Assembly (NCBI GenBank): GCA_963832165.1
Contig: CAWHTE010000001.1
Span: 640,001 to 704,000, forward strand
Length of the DNA stretch: 64,000 bases
Origin: an uncultured delta proteobacterium
Lineage (GTDB): Bacteria; Myxococcota_A; UBA9160; SMWR01
Direction of reading: 5' to 3'
The position numbers were made by a program, and so were the translations under genes. Position 1 is the stretch's first letter. Each line of letters starts with the position of its first letter. Of the stretch, positions 48,037 to 58,291 are shown piece by piece. The notes beneath the pieces were generated by a model. The model was given only the letters and a program-made list of their open reading frames with translations, was not told the origin of the DNA and did no database searches.

Positions 48037-48978
48037 GTGACCGACGAGCGCGAAGTCCGCATCCTCTCCCACGTCCCGGTTCCGATGCTCGCGCGGGTCG
48101 GCGAGCGCTTCCCGAAGGCGAGCGTGATCGCGATCCCCGATCGCGGCGACGTCCCGCCCGAGGTCCGCGGCGACGTGCTGCTCACGATGGCCTGGGGCAG
48201 CCCCAATCTCGCGCAGGTGCTCGAGCGCGGTGTGCGCTGGGTTCACGCCTACGGCACCGGCGTCAACGCGTTTCCGTTTCAGGAGCTGCGCGGAATCCCG
48301 CTCACGTGCTCGCGCGGCGCCAGCGCGATCCCGATCTCGGAATGGGTGATGGCCATGCTGCTCGCGGCGGAGAAACGGCTGCCGGAGTCGTGGATCCACG
48401 ACGTGCCCGAGCGCTGGAACATCTTCGATCTCGGCGGGCTGTACGGCCGCACGCTCGGTCTGCTCGGCCTCGGCGGGATCGCGCAGGCGACCGCACAGCG
48501 CGCGCTCGCATTCGGAATGACCGTGATCGCTCACCGGCGGACGCCCCAGCCGAGCCCGATCGCCGGAGTCGAGATGGTCGACTTCGACGCGCTGCTCGCG
48601 CGCTCCGATCATCTCGTGATCGCGGCTCCCGCCACGCGCGAGACGCATCACGTGATCGGGCGCTCTGCGCTCGCGCAGATCAAGCCCGGCGTGCACCTCG
48701 TCAACATCGCGCGCGGCGGGCTCGTCGATCAGGACGCGCTGCGCGAGGCGCTCGACGACGGTCGCGTGAAGCTCGCCTCGCTCGACACCGTCGACCCCGA
48801 GCCGCTGCCCGCGGGCCACTGGCTGTTCACCCATCCGCGCGTGCGTCTCTCGCCGCACTGCTCGTGGGCTGGACCGGGCGCGCTCGATCGCCTGCTCGAC
48901 TCCTTCCTCGAAAACCTCGCGCACTGGCTCGCGGGCGAGCCCCTGGAAGGGGTCGTCGACGTCGAGCTCGGCTACTGA
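48037..48978 (+). CDS. D-2-hydroxyacid dehydrogenase family protein
   Basis: GLGGIA, VNIARG, DPEPLP, SPH. Confidence 0.9.
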   Translation: MTDEREVRILSHVPVPMLARVGERFPKASVIAIPDRGDVPPEVRGDVLLTMAWGSPNLAQVLERGVRWVHAYGTGVNAFPFQELRGIPLTCSRGASAIPISEWVMAMLLAAEKRLPESWIHDVPERWNIFDLGGLYGRTLGLLGLGGIAQATAQRALAFGMTVIAHRRTPQPSPIAGVEMVDFDALLARSDHLVIAAPATRETHHVIGRSALAQIKPGVHLVNIARGGLVDQDALREALDDGRVKLASLDTVDPEPLPAGHWLFTHPRVRLSPHCSWAGPGALDRLLDSFLENLAHWLAGEPLEGVVDVELGY

Positions 48979-48991
48979 TCGGAGGAACCCC

Positions 48992-49315
48992 ATGGCGGAA
49001 ATCACCGAGCCGCTCGGCGACGTCGCGTCGAAGCTCCTGTTCGAGAACGAGCGCGTGAAGATCTGGGAGATGCGGCTCGCGCCGGGCGAGGAGGGACCGC
49101 TGCACCGCCACGAACGCGATCACATCCTCGTGCAGATCGACGGCGATCGCATGGCGGTCGTGCCGCACGCGACGACGAAGAGCCCCTACGACGAATATCT
49201 CGAGGCCGATGTCGTTCCTGGGCAATACTTCTACATTCCGCGCGGCGGCGTCGAGGTGGCGCGCAACGTGGGAAGCAAGGCCTACTACGAGATCTTGATC
49301 GAGCTGAAGGACTAG
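48992..49315 (+). CDS. Cupin domain protein
   Basis: LFENERVKIWE, LHRH, IELK. Confidence 0.8.
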   Translation: MAEITEPLGDVASKLLFENERVKIWEMRLAPGEEGPLHRHERDHILVQIDGDRMAVVPHATTKSPYDEYLEADVVPGQYFYIPRGGVEVARNVGSKAYYEILIELKD

Positions 49316-49324
49316 GAGGACAGC

Positions 49325-50317
49325 ATGAGCGGGCAATATCGGATCTTCGGGGCCGAGGTGTCGCCGTACTCGGTGAAGGTGCGCTCCTACTTCCGCTACA
49401 AGCAGATCCCTCACGAGTGGATCGTGCGCGGGCCCGCGTCGGCGGCCGAATACCAGAAGTACGCGAAGCTGCCGATCATCCCGCTCGTGGTCTCACCCGA
49501 TCTCGAGGCGATGCAGGACTCGACGCCGATCCTCGAGCAGCTCGAGCAGCGCTTCCCCGAGCCGTCGATCCATCCCGACGATCCGATCGCGGCGTTCGTC
49601 TCGACGCTGCTCGAGGAGTTCGGCGACGAGTGGGGCAACAAGTGGATGTTCCACTACCGCTGGGCGCGCGAGGCCGATCAGATCTCCGCATCGGAGCGGA
49701 TCGGCGCCGCGATGTCGGACGCGTCCGGCGATGCGCTCGCGGGCGTAGCGGCCGGGATCCGCGAGCGCATGGTCGGCCGCGTCTGGTTCGTCGGCAGCAA
49801 TGCGCAGACTGCGCCGCAGATCGAGGAGGGGTTCCAGGCTGCGATCGCGCAGATCGAGAAGCACCTCGCGGGACGGCCGTATCTGTTCGGAGCGCGTCCC
49901 GCGTTCGGCGATTTCGGCATGTGGGGCCAGATCTACAACGCGCTCACCGATCCGACGCCGGGCGCGCTCCTTCGCGCGCGTGCGCCGAAGGTCGTCGCGT
50001 GGTGCGAGCGCATGCTCGATCCCAAGGCCGAAGGGCCGTTCGAATCGTGGGCGAGTCTCGCGCCGACGCTCGAGCCGCTGCTCGCGGAGCAGGTCGGGCG
50101 CCGCTTCCTGCCGTGGTCGCACGCGAATGCGGCCGCGATCGCGCAGGGCGCCGAGGAGTTCAGCGTCGAGCTCGCGGGCCGCGCCTGGACCCAGAAGCCG
50201 CAGAAGTACCACGCGAAGTCGCTGAAGGCGCTGCGCGAGAAGTACGCGGCAGCCGCGAGCGCACCGCTCGATCGCGCGCTCGAAAAGGTCGGCTGCCTCG
50301 AGGGCCTGCGCGCCTGA
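49325..50317 (+). CDS. Glutathione S-transferase-like protein
   Basis: SPYSVKVRSY, IP...DSTPI, FGDEW, GDFG. Confidence 0.87.
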   Translation: MSGQYRIFGAEVSPYSVKVRSYFRYKQIPHEWIVRGPASAAEYQKYAKLPIIPLVVSPDLEAMQDSTPILEQLEQRFPEPSIHPDDPIAAFVSTLLEEFGDEWGNKWMFHYRWAREADQISASERIGAAMSDASGDALAGVAAGIRERMVGRVWFVGSNAQTAPQIEEGFQAAIAQIEKHLAGRPYLFGARPAFGDFGMWGQIYNALTDPTPGALLRARAPKVVAWCERMLDPKAEGPFESWASLAPTLEPLLAEQVGRRFLPWSHANAAAIAQGAEEFSVELAGRAWTQKPQKYHAKSLKALREKYAAAASAPLDRALEKVGCLEGLRA

Positions 50318-50323
50318 GCCGCG

Positions 50324-50359
50324 GAAGGCGGGATCCGCCTTCGGCTCCTCCCGCCCTAC
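50324..50359 (-). repeat. GTAG-type REP element, family A
   Basis: Exact 36-nt reverse complement of 53293-53328; sits between convergent genes. Confidence 0.85.
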
Positions 50360-51591
50360 CGCTTCAGCGAGATCCCAGCGCTCTGCGCCTGCTTCTTGAG
50401 CTCGAGCTGTGTGATCGTGCGCCGGTGGACTTCGTCGGGTCCGTCGGCGAGCCGCAGCGTGCGAACGCTCGCCCACGCCTTGGCAAGCCCGAAGTCTTCC
50501 GTCACGCCCGCACCGCCGTGCGCCTGGATCGCGTCGTCGATGATCTTGAGCGCCGCGTTCGGCGCCTTCACCTTGATCATCGCGATCTCGGCGCGCGCCA
50601 CCTTGTTGCCGACCGTGTCCATCATGTGTGCGGCCTTGAGCGTGAGCAGGCGCGAGCACTCGATGTCGATGCGCGCGTCGGCGATCCGCTCCTCCCACAG
50701 GGAGTGTTCGAAGATCCGCTTGCCGAACGCGGTGCGCGTCATGAGCCGCCGGCACATCGCCTCGAGCGCGCGCTCGGCCACTCCGACCACGCGCATGCAG
50801 TGGTGGATGCGTCCGGGCCCGAGCCGGCCCTGCGCGATCTCGAACCCGCGCCCCTCGCCGAGCAGGATGTTGCTCGCGGGGACGCGCACGTTCTCGAACC
50901 GCACCTCGCCGTGGCCATGCGGCGCGTCGTCGAAGCCGAACACCGGGAGGTGACGCTTCACGGTGACGCCGGGCGCGCTCCTCTCGCACAGGATCATGCT
51001 CTGCTGCTGGTGCGCCGGTCCGCCGGGGTCGGTCTTGCCCATCACGATCATGATCTCGCAGCGCGGATCGAGGATCCCCGACGTCCACCACTTGAGGCCG
51101 TTGATCACGTACTCGTCGCCGTCGCGGCGGATCTCGGTGCGGATGTTGGTGGCGTCCGACGAGGCCACCTCGGGCTCGGTCATCGCGAACGCGGAGCGGA
51201 TCCTTCCGTCGAGCAGGGGCTTGAGCCAGCGCTCCTGCTGCGCGGCGTCTCCGTAGCGCGCGAGCACCTCCATGTTGCCGGTGTCGGGCGCCGCGCAGTT
51301 GAACACCTCGGGCGCGAAGCCGACGCCGCCCATCACCTCGCACAGCGGCGCGTACTCGAGATTGGTGAAGCCGGCGCCGTGAGCGCTCTCGGGCAGGAAG
51401 AGGTTCCAGAGCCCGGCCGCGCGCGCCTTCCCCTTGAGCTCCTCGATGATCGGCGGGATCTGCCAGCGATCCGTGCCGAACGACTGCATCTGCTCGTAGT
51501 AGGTCTTCTCGTTGGGGTAGACGTGCTCGCTCATGAAGCTCGAGAGCTTCTCGAGCGCGAACTTCGTCTTGTCGTTGTACTCGAAATCCAC
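50356..51591 (-). CDS. Acyl-CoA dehydrogenase
   Basis: [38 protein letters not shown]. Confidence 0.94.
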   Translation of the reverse strand: MDFEYNDKTKFALEKLSSFMSEHVYPNEKTYYEQMQSFGTDRWQIPPIIEELKGKARAAGLWNLFLPESAHGAGFTNLEYAPLCEVMGGVGFAPEVFNCAAPDTGNMEVLARYGDAAQQERWLKPLLDGRIRSAFAMTEPEVASSDATNIRTEIRRDGDEYVINGLKWWTSGILDPRCEIMIVMGKTDPGGPAHQQQSMILCERSAPGVTVKRHLPVFGFDDAPHGHGEVRFENVRVPASNILLGEGRGFEIAQGRLGPGRIHHCMRVVGVAERALEAMCRRLMTRTAFGKRIFEHSLWEERIADARIDIECSRLLTLKAAHMMDTVGNKVARAEIAMIKVKAPNAALKIIDDAIQAHGGAGVTEDFGLAKAWASVRTLRLADGPDEVHRRTITQLELKKQAQSAGISLKR

Positions 51592-51947
51592 GGCTGGCCT
51601 CCCGGCGCGCTCCGCGCTGTTCGTACGCTAGCCCCGTTCGCCCGGTGCGCGAGGCGTGCGACCGGCGCACATCTCCGAACCAGAACGGCGTTTGATCAGA
51701 AATCTCGAAAAAAACACATTGCGGCGTCGGGTTCGTTCCGGCGCGAGCCGCTTCCCTAAAACCCCGAAATCGCTCGGTGTTCCCGAAGTCGCACCGACGG
51801 GCACGGACTAGCGCGTCCACGACCGGACCGAAGTGTGATCCCGGGCACAGATTGAACCCCGGGGGTGGCCGTACATGCCGTGGCGCCAAATGTTGGGAAC
51901 GCGGCTTTTCGCAGCGGCCCAGGCGCGGGGTCGAGGGGGGATCTGCG

Positions 51948-53296
51948 ATGCCGAGGCCGAGCGCGGAGGCTATCCGCCTGCCTGGCGCCAGGGTGCGCCT
52001 CGCGCTCATCGGTCTCGTTCTCTTGCTCGCGGCCTGCAGCGGAGGAGGGGCGGCGGAGGATCGGGTGCGGCCGCGGTGTCCAACGGGCCCGCGGCACCGT
52101 CGTCGAGCCTCACTCTCGCGTGGAACGACGCGAATGGTCCCGTCGCGGGTTATTCGGTCTACGTTCAGCGCAACGACGGAGCCTTCAAGCTCGAGAAAGA
52201 CGTTCCGCGCTCGACGGTGACGCTGAACGGCGAGCCGGGCTCGAAGGCCCGCGTGGTCGTGGTCGCCTACTCGTCGAGGCGTGAGTACGGACCGAGCTCG
52301 CCGAGCTCTCCGCAGTTCACGTTCCCCCAATTGAGTGCCGCCGCGAGCACACCGGCCGCTACGGGCTCGGCATCCGCACTCCCCACCTACGCTTCCGCCG
52401 CGAGCAGCGTCGAGCCGCTCGCTTCGATTGCTGGTGCGAACGCGGCCGAGGACTCGGTCGCCGAGCTCACGGGGGGTGGGCTCGTCTGGCAGGCCGGCGG
52501 TGCGCTGCGCCTGACCGACGCCAGGCTCGAGACCACGCGCATGTTCAGCCGCCCGGAAGGCGCGCAGCTCGCGGGGGTCGCGGACTTCGATGCGGACGGG
52601 CTGGCCGACCTGCTCTGGGTGGACTCGGCCGTGCTCCGATACATGCCCGGCAGCGCGCTGCGCGACCCGAATGCGGTGATCCCGCTGGTCGAGCTCGCAA
52701 CGCTGGCCGCGGGCGAGCACGTGCTCGGCGCCGGCGACTTCGACGGCGACGGAATCGGCGACGTGCTGATCTCGAACGCAGACGACCTGATCTCGGCGCT
52801 CCTCACGACGCCGGGTTCCGCGCCCGCGATCGCTTCACTCGGGATCGCCGCGTCGGCGGCCCTGGTCGGGATCGCCGACATCGACGCCAACGGAAGCGAC
52901 GACATCGCGTGGCGCGCGAACGGGAGCGGGGTCGGGCTGTGGCTCATGGACGGCGGAACTCTCGCTGCGAGCACCGATCTCCCGCTCCCGAGCGACCTCG
53001 GCGTGATCGGACTCGCTGATTTCGATGGGAACGGCGCCTCCGAGCTCGCCGTGCGCAATGCGCAGGGCGAGGTCTTCCTCGTCCACCCGCTCGAACAAGA
53101 GATCGTGCTCGACGCGACCGATCTCGCGAACACGCTCGCGTGGCAGAGCCAGGGTGCGGTCGATCTCGATTCCGACGGGTCCGAGGAGCTCGTGCTCGCG
53201 AGCGCCGATGCGATCCGCATCGCGGGCCTGCCCGGCGAGCTGGTCGTCGCGCTCGATCCCGAGTCGCCCTGGCAGCTCACCGCGCTCCTGCCGTAG
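51948..53296 (+). pseudogene. Lipoprotein with FN3-like domain and FG-GAP/VCBS repeats, frameshifted in a G run near 52048
   Basis: Signal peptide and lipobox LAAC in one frame; Gly linker, LTLAWN...GY.VY and five D-F/I/L-D-x-D/N-G repeats in the next frame. Confidence 0.75.
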
Positions 53297-53391
53297 GGCG
53301 GGAGGAGCCGAAGGCGGATCCCGCCTTCGGCGGCTCGTCGCATTTTCTCTGATGGCGGGATGCGCTCGCTTCGCTCGCTTTCCCGCCCTAC
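53293..53391. repeat. Pair of inverted GTAG-type REPs (REPIN/BIME-like)
   Basis: GTAGGGCGGGA...TCCCGCC (53293-53325) and GGCGGGA...TCCCGCCCTAC (53354-53391). Confidence 0.8.
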
Positions 53392-53422
53392 ACGATACGA
53401 TGTGCCCGGGAGGAAAGGCGCG

Positions 53423-53848
53423 ATGTCCGAAGAACATCCCGCGCGCCGCGCGGGTCTCTTGTCACAGCGCTACGTCGCGAACCGCGAGCGCGAGAAGTGG
53501 CTCGACCTGTTCGCCGACGACGGCGTGATCCAGGACCCGGTCGGCCCGTCGCCGCTCGACCCGACCGGCAAGGGTCACCGCGGCCGGGCAGCGATCGCGG
53601 CGTTCTGGGACAACGTGATCTCGAAGGGCCGCGTCAGCTTCGACTATCCGAAGTCGTACGCGGCCGGCGACGAGTGCGCGTTCGCGGGCACCGTGATCAA
53701 CACCTTCCCGGGCGGCAAGGAGTTCCGCGCTCACGGCGTCTTCGTCTACCGCGTGAACGAGGCGGGAAAACTCGTGTCGCTGCGCGCGTTCTGGGAGTTC
53801 GCGAACCCCGAGGGTGCCGTACACGAGCCCGTGGTCTCACCGACGTGA
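53423..53848 (+). CDS. NTF2/SnoaL-like protein (ketosteroid isomerase-like)
   Basis: WLDLFADD...DPVG, GRAAIAAFW, LRAFWE. Confidence 0.85.
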   Translation: MSEEHPARRAGLLSQRYVANREREKWLDLFADDGVIQDPVGPSPLDPTGKGHRGRAAIAAFWDNVISKGRVSFDYPKSYAAGDECAFAGTVINTFPGGKEFRAHGVFVYRVNEAGKLVSLRAFWEFANPEGAVHEPVVSPT

Positions 53849-55092
53849 TCAGGCGCGCTTGAGCTTGTAGCGGATCGGCAGGTGCTTCACGCCGCCGACC
53901 AGGCCGGAGTGGAGCCGCGAAACGGGACCCGCGAGCTCGATCTCGTCGATGCGCGGGAGCAGGTGCTTGTAGGCCACCTGCATCTCGAGCCTTGCTACGT
54001 GCGAGCCGAGGCAGAAGTGCTCGCCTACGCCGAAGCCGAGGTGCGGGTTCGGATGCCGGTCGATCCGGAAGGCGAACGGGTCCGAAGATACTCCTCGTCG
54101 CGGTTCGCCGAGGGATAGAACAGCGCGAGCGCGTCGCCCTTCTTGATCTCCTTGCCGCGGATCTCGACGTCCTTCGTCGCGGTGCGCCCGAAGTGGATGA
54201 TCGGGCTCGTCCAGCGCACCACTTCTTCGACCGCCGGAACGAGCAGCGACGGATCCGCCTGGAGCTTGCGCAGCTGGTCCTGGTGCTGGATGAACGCGAG
54301 CATCCCGCCGGTCGTGCCGTTGCGCGTGGTCTCGTTGCCCGCGACCACGATGATGAAGCACCACGCGAGCACGTCCATGAACGGCAGCGGCTCGCCGTCG
54401 ATCTGCGCGTTCGCGAAGATCGTCACGAGATCGTCGGCGGGGTTCTTCTTCTTCTCCTCGACGAGCTTCGTGAAGTACTGGAACGTCTCGACCATCGCCT
54501 GCTGCGCGGTTTCCTGAGGATTCGCGCCCTCGACCTGATACTCGGGATCGCCCGCGCCGATCGTGCGGTTGGTCCAGTCGAACAGGAGCTTCCAGTCGCT
54601 GCGCGGTACGCCGAGCATCCACGCGATCACGGCGATCGGCAGCGGCGCCGAGACGCGCTCGACGAAGTCGCACTCGCCCTCGTCGCTCTCGGCGACGAGC
54701 GCGTCGACGATCTCCTTGCCGATCCGCTCGATGTCGTCGTTCATCTTCTTCAGGTAGCGCGGCGTGAAGCGCTTGCTCACGAGCTGGCGGTAGATGCCGT
54801 GCTTGGGCGGATCGAGCTGGATCAGCGTCGGAGGAAACTGATCGTTCCGGTTGTCCGGATCGGGCGTGATCACGAGGCGCGGCCCGTTCAGGAACGTCTC
54901 GGGCTGCTTGCCGATCGCGACGATGTCGGCGTGCTTCGTGATCGCCCAGAACGGGACGCCGACCGGCTGCTCCCACCACGACACCGGCTCCTCGGCGCGC
55001 AGGCGCGTCCAGATGTCGTGCGGATAGCCGAAGTTGGCGTAGTCCGCGGGATCGATCAGGCTGCGCGTGTCGACAGAAACCGCCTGGGCCAC
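53849..55092 (-). pseudogene. Cytochrome P450 (CYP125/142-like), frameshifted near 54088 (probably sequencing error)
   Basis: DPPKH, AGNETT, EEVVRW, SANRD in one frame; HLGFGVGEHFCLG heme motif in the next. Confidence 0.88.
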
Positions 55093-55129
55093 CGGAGATC
55101 CTCCTCGAAGCCAGTCAGTGTATCGACGC

Positions 55130-55588
55130 TCAGGCGTACGACCAGCGGCGCGCGGGCTCGGCGCCCGCTCTCCACTCCATGCATTGCACGTCGAACCAGA
55201 TCGGCAAGAGATAACGCACGTAAAAGGCGTGCACCGTGACGTCGCCCTGCACGAGGTCCTCGTACTCCTTGATCTGCACGCGCTCGTCGCGCGCTTGCCA
55301 ATCCCGGATCGCCGCGAGCGCGCGATCGACCTCGGCGCGCGTTTCGAGCAGCAGGCCCAGATGGTCGTAGCCCGGCACGCTGAGCGGCTTCTTGCTCTCC
55401 GCGACGAGCACGAACTGGCTCGTCTCCGCGTCGGTCTGCAGCAAGAGCGCCTGTTGGCCCAGGATCGGCACGTCGAGCGCGTTCCAGCCGAAGACTTCAC
55501 CGTAGAAGCGCTTGATCTCGGATCGCGTGTCGGAGTCGAGCGCGCCCGGAGCAAGCGTCAGCTCCATGTGATTGAAGCGCAGCGCCAT
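55130..55588 (-). CDS. VOC-fold hypothetical protein
   Basis: FNHMEL, FYGEVFGW, DHLG; GGAGG RBS. Confidence 0.72.
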   Translation of the reverse strand: MALRFNHMELTLAPGALDSDTRSEIKRFYGEVFGWNALDVPILGQQALLLQTDAETSQFVLVAESKKPLSVPGYDHLGLLLETRAEVDRALAAIRDWQARDERVQIKEYEDLVQGDVTVHAFYVRYLLPIWFDVQCMEWRAGAEPARRWSYA

Positions 55589-55631
55589 CACGGGTTCCTC
55601 CCGGAGCGATCGTAGGGCATGATCCCAGGAG

Positions 55632-56684
55632 ATGGTCGGCGAGCCCGAGATCACCCCGGTCCGCGCAGCGCACCGCTTCGACGAGGGCGCGCTCGCGTCG
55701 TTTCTCGACGCGCGGCTCGGCGGAAGCGTGCCGCTGCGGGTCGCGCAGTTCGAGGGCGGTCAGTCGAACCCCACCTTCCTGATCGAGCGCGGCGCGGAGC
55801 GGCTCGTGCTGCGCAAGAAGCCGCCCGGGAAGCTGTTGCCGTCTGCGCACCAGGTCGATCGCGAGTACCGCGTGATGAGTGCGCTGCGCAAGTCCGGAGT
55901 GCCGGTTCCCGAGACGATCGCGCTGTGCGAGGACGACGCGGTGCTCGGCACCGCGTTCTTCGTGATGCGCCACGTGCCGGGCCGCGTGATCGCCGATCCG
56001 CGCCTGCTGAGCTTCGCACCCGCCGAGCGCGCTGCGCTCTACGACGACATGGCGCTCGTGCTCGCGGCGCTGCACGAGGTCGATCCGGAGTCGGTCGGAC
56101 TCACGGACTTCGGCCGCCCGGGCAACTACTACACGCGCCAGATCTCGCGTTGGACTCGCCAGTACGTCGACTCGAAGACGGAAGAGATCGCCTCGATGGA
56201 GGCGCTGATGGAATGGCTGCCCGCGAACGTCCCCGACTCGGACGAGACGCGCATCGTGCACGGCGACTACCGGATCGGGAACTGCATCCTGCACCCGACC
56301 GAGCCGAAGATCGCCGCCGTGCTCGACTGGGAGCTGTCCACGCTGGGTCACCCGCTCGCCGATCTCGCCTACTTCTGCCAGAACTACCGCGGTGAGGCGA
56401 CGCCGGGCAGCTCGCTCGTGGGCTTGGATCTTGCATCGATGGGAATCCCAGACGAAGAGGCCTTCGTGGCGCGCTACTGCGAGCTCGCGGGACGCGGCCG
56501 CATCGACGATTGGGCGTTTTACATGGTGTTCGTGATGTTCCGCTCCGCGGCGATCGTGCAGGGCGTCTACAAACGCGGCCTCGATGGCAATGCGAGCTCG
56601 GAGCACGCGCACATGTTCGGCGCGCTCGTGCGCAAGCGCGCCGACGATGCGTGGAACCTCGCGCGCGCGAGTGCGCGTACCTGA
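55632..56684 (+). CDS. Phosphotransferase family protein (APH/ACAD10-kinase-like)
   Basis: GGQSNPT, LRKKP, REYRV, HGDYRIGN, VLDWE. Confidence 0.92.
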   Translation: MVGEPEITPVRAAHRFDEGALASFLDARLGGSVPLRVAQFEGGQSNPTFLIERGAERLVLRKKPPGKLLPSAHQVDREYRVMSALRKSGVPVPETIALCEDDAVLGTAFFVMRHVPGRVIADPRLLSFAPAERAALYDDMALVLAALHEVDPESVGLTDFGRPGNYYTRQISRWTRQYVDSKTEEIASMEALMEWLPANVPDSDETRIVHGDYRIGNCILHPTEPKIAAVLDWELSTLGHPLADLAYFCQNYRGEATPGSSLVGLDLASMGIPDEEAFVARYCELAGRGRIDDWAFYMVFVMFRSAAIVQGVYKRGLDGNASSEHAHMFGALVRKRADDAWNLARASART

Positions 56685-56709
56685 ATTGGGCCGGCAGAAA
56701 GGATCTCTC

Positions 56710-57516
56710 ATGCACGGGATACGAATCACTTGGCTCGTTTGGCTCACCGCGATCGCGGGGTGCGCGACGTCGCCGCTCGGCCGCTCGCAGCTGATGCTGG
56801 TCGGCGAAGCGGAGATGGACAAGATGGGCGTCGAGGCGTTCGAGACGCTCAAGAAAGAGGGAAAGGTGTCGAGCGACCCGCAGGCGAACGCCTACGTCAG
56901 CTGCGTCGCGAACGCGATCACGGGAGCGATGCCGCAGGAGTCTGGAGGCGGACCCTGGGAGGTGCGCGTGTTCCAGGACGACAGCGCCAACGCGTTCGCG
57001 CTGCCGGGCCGCAAGATCGGCGTGCACACCGGGTTGCTCCAGGTCGCCAAGAACCAGGATCAGCTCGCTACGGTGATCGGGCACGAGGTGGGCCACGTGA
57101 TCGCGCGCCACAGTGCCGAGCGCGTGTCCGACCAGATCGCGATGGAGGGCGGCGCGCAGGTCGCGGGCGCGCTGCTCGGCGCGGCGGGCGACCCGGCGAG
57201 CCCGCTGAACGGCGTCGCGATGGCGGCGCTCGGCATCGGGGCTCAGGGGGTCGTGCTCAAGTTCAGCCGCACACACGAGAGCGAGGCCGATCTGATCGGC
57301 CTCGACCGGATGGCGGCCGCGGGGTTCGACCCGCGCGCGAGCGTGCCGCTGTGGCAGAACATGGAGGCCGCGTCGAAGGGCGCCCGGCCGCCCGAGTTCC
57401 TCTCCACGCACCCGTCGCCGGCCACGCGCATCAGGGATCTCGAGAAGCGGATCCCCCAGGCGCTGCCGATCTTCGAGCAGGCGCAAAAGCAGGGCCGCAG
57501 TCCGCGCTGCAAATAG
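56710..57516 (+). CDS. M48 family metallopeptidase lipoprotein
   Basis: Lipobox IAGC, NAFALPG, HEVGH, ESEAD, LSTHP. Confidence 0.93.
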   Translation: MHGIRITWLVWLTAIAGCATSPLGRSQLMLVGEAEMDKMGVEAFETLKKEGKVSSDPQANAYVSCVANAITGAMPQESGGGPWEVRVFQDDSANAFALPGRKIGVHTGLLQVAKNQDQLATVIGHEVGHVIARHSAERVSDQIAMEGGAQVAGALLGAAGDPASPLNGVAMAALGIGAQGVVLKFSRTHESEADLIGLDRMAAAGFDPRASVPLWQNMEAASKGARPPEFLSTHPSPATRIRDLEKRIPQALPIFEQAQKQGRSPRCK

Positions 57517-57529
57517 GGGAGGTCGGCGC

Positions 57530-58291
57530 GTGAGCCGTATCTACGATCTGCTCGCGCGCGTCTACGACACGCAGGATCACGTCGAGATCGCGGCGGGCTT
57601 CCACGCGGCGCTCTCGCCCTACGCGCGCGCGCGCCCGCGCGGCACCTGGGTGCTCGACCTCGCTTGCGGCACGGGCGTGCTCGCGGAGCGGCTCGGCCGC
57701 GCGCGGATCCCCGTGATCGGCGTCGACAGCTCGCGCGAGATGCTCGCGATCGCGCGCAAGCGCTGCCGCGGCCTTGCAGACCGCGTGCGCTTCCGGCGCG
57801 CCGATCTCGCGACGTTCCGCGTGCGCGAGCCGTGCGCGGTGGCGTCGGCGTGCGGCGACGTATTCAATCACATGCTCACGCGCGCACCGCTCGTGCGGAT
57901 CCTGCGCCGCGTGCGCGAGAACCTGCTGCCGGGCGGCGTGCTCGTGTTCGAGGCGCACAACCGCTTCGCGTACGAGCACTACTGGAACGGCAAGGACTAC
58001 TGGATGGAGGGCCCCGGCGGCGATCTCGCGATGTGCTGCGAGTGGGACGCGCGGCGGCGCCTCGCGACGGTGCGCATGATCGGGTATGCGCGCAACGGGA
58101 AGGCCTGGGAGCGCGTCGAGACGACGCTCGTCGAGCGTTACCACAGCGACAGCGAGCTGCGTTCGGCCCTGCGCGAGGCGGGCTTCGAGCGGATCCGCCG
58201 CGAGCCGTGGAGCCCGTGGCCGGACCAGCACCTCGAGCCCGCGATCGAGCGCAATCTCTGGACCGCGCGCGTGCCGGAGAACTCGACGTGA
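57530..58291 (+). CDS. Class I SAM-dependent methyltransferase
   Basis: VLDLACGTG, GVDSS..ML, LLPGG. Confidence 0.9.
   Translation: MSRIYDLLARVYDTQDHVEIAAGFHAALSPYARARPRGTWVLDLACGTGVLAERLGRARIPVIGVDSSREMLAIARKRCRGLADRVRFRRADLATFRVREPCAVASACGDVFNHMLTRAPLVRILRRVRENLLPGGVLVFEAHNRFAYEHYWNGKDYWMEGPGGDLAMCCEWDARRRLATVRMIGYARNGKAWERVETTLVERYHSDSELRSALREAGFERIRREPWSPWPDQHLEPAIERNLWTARVPENST

Noticed and set aside
51592..51947. Riboswitch or sigma54 promoter in the long divergent intergenic region
   Set aside because: GGCAC/TGGC-like words lack correct -24/-12 spacing and no known aptamer consensus was recognised
50324..53328. Composite transposon bounded by the inverted 36-mers
   Set aside because: No transposase or target duplication; the repeats behave as independent REPs at gene ends
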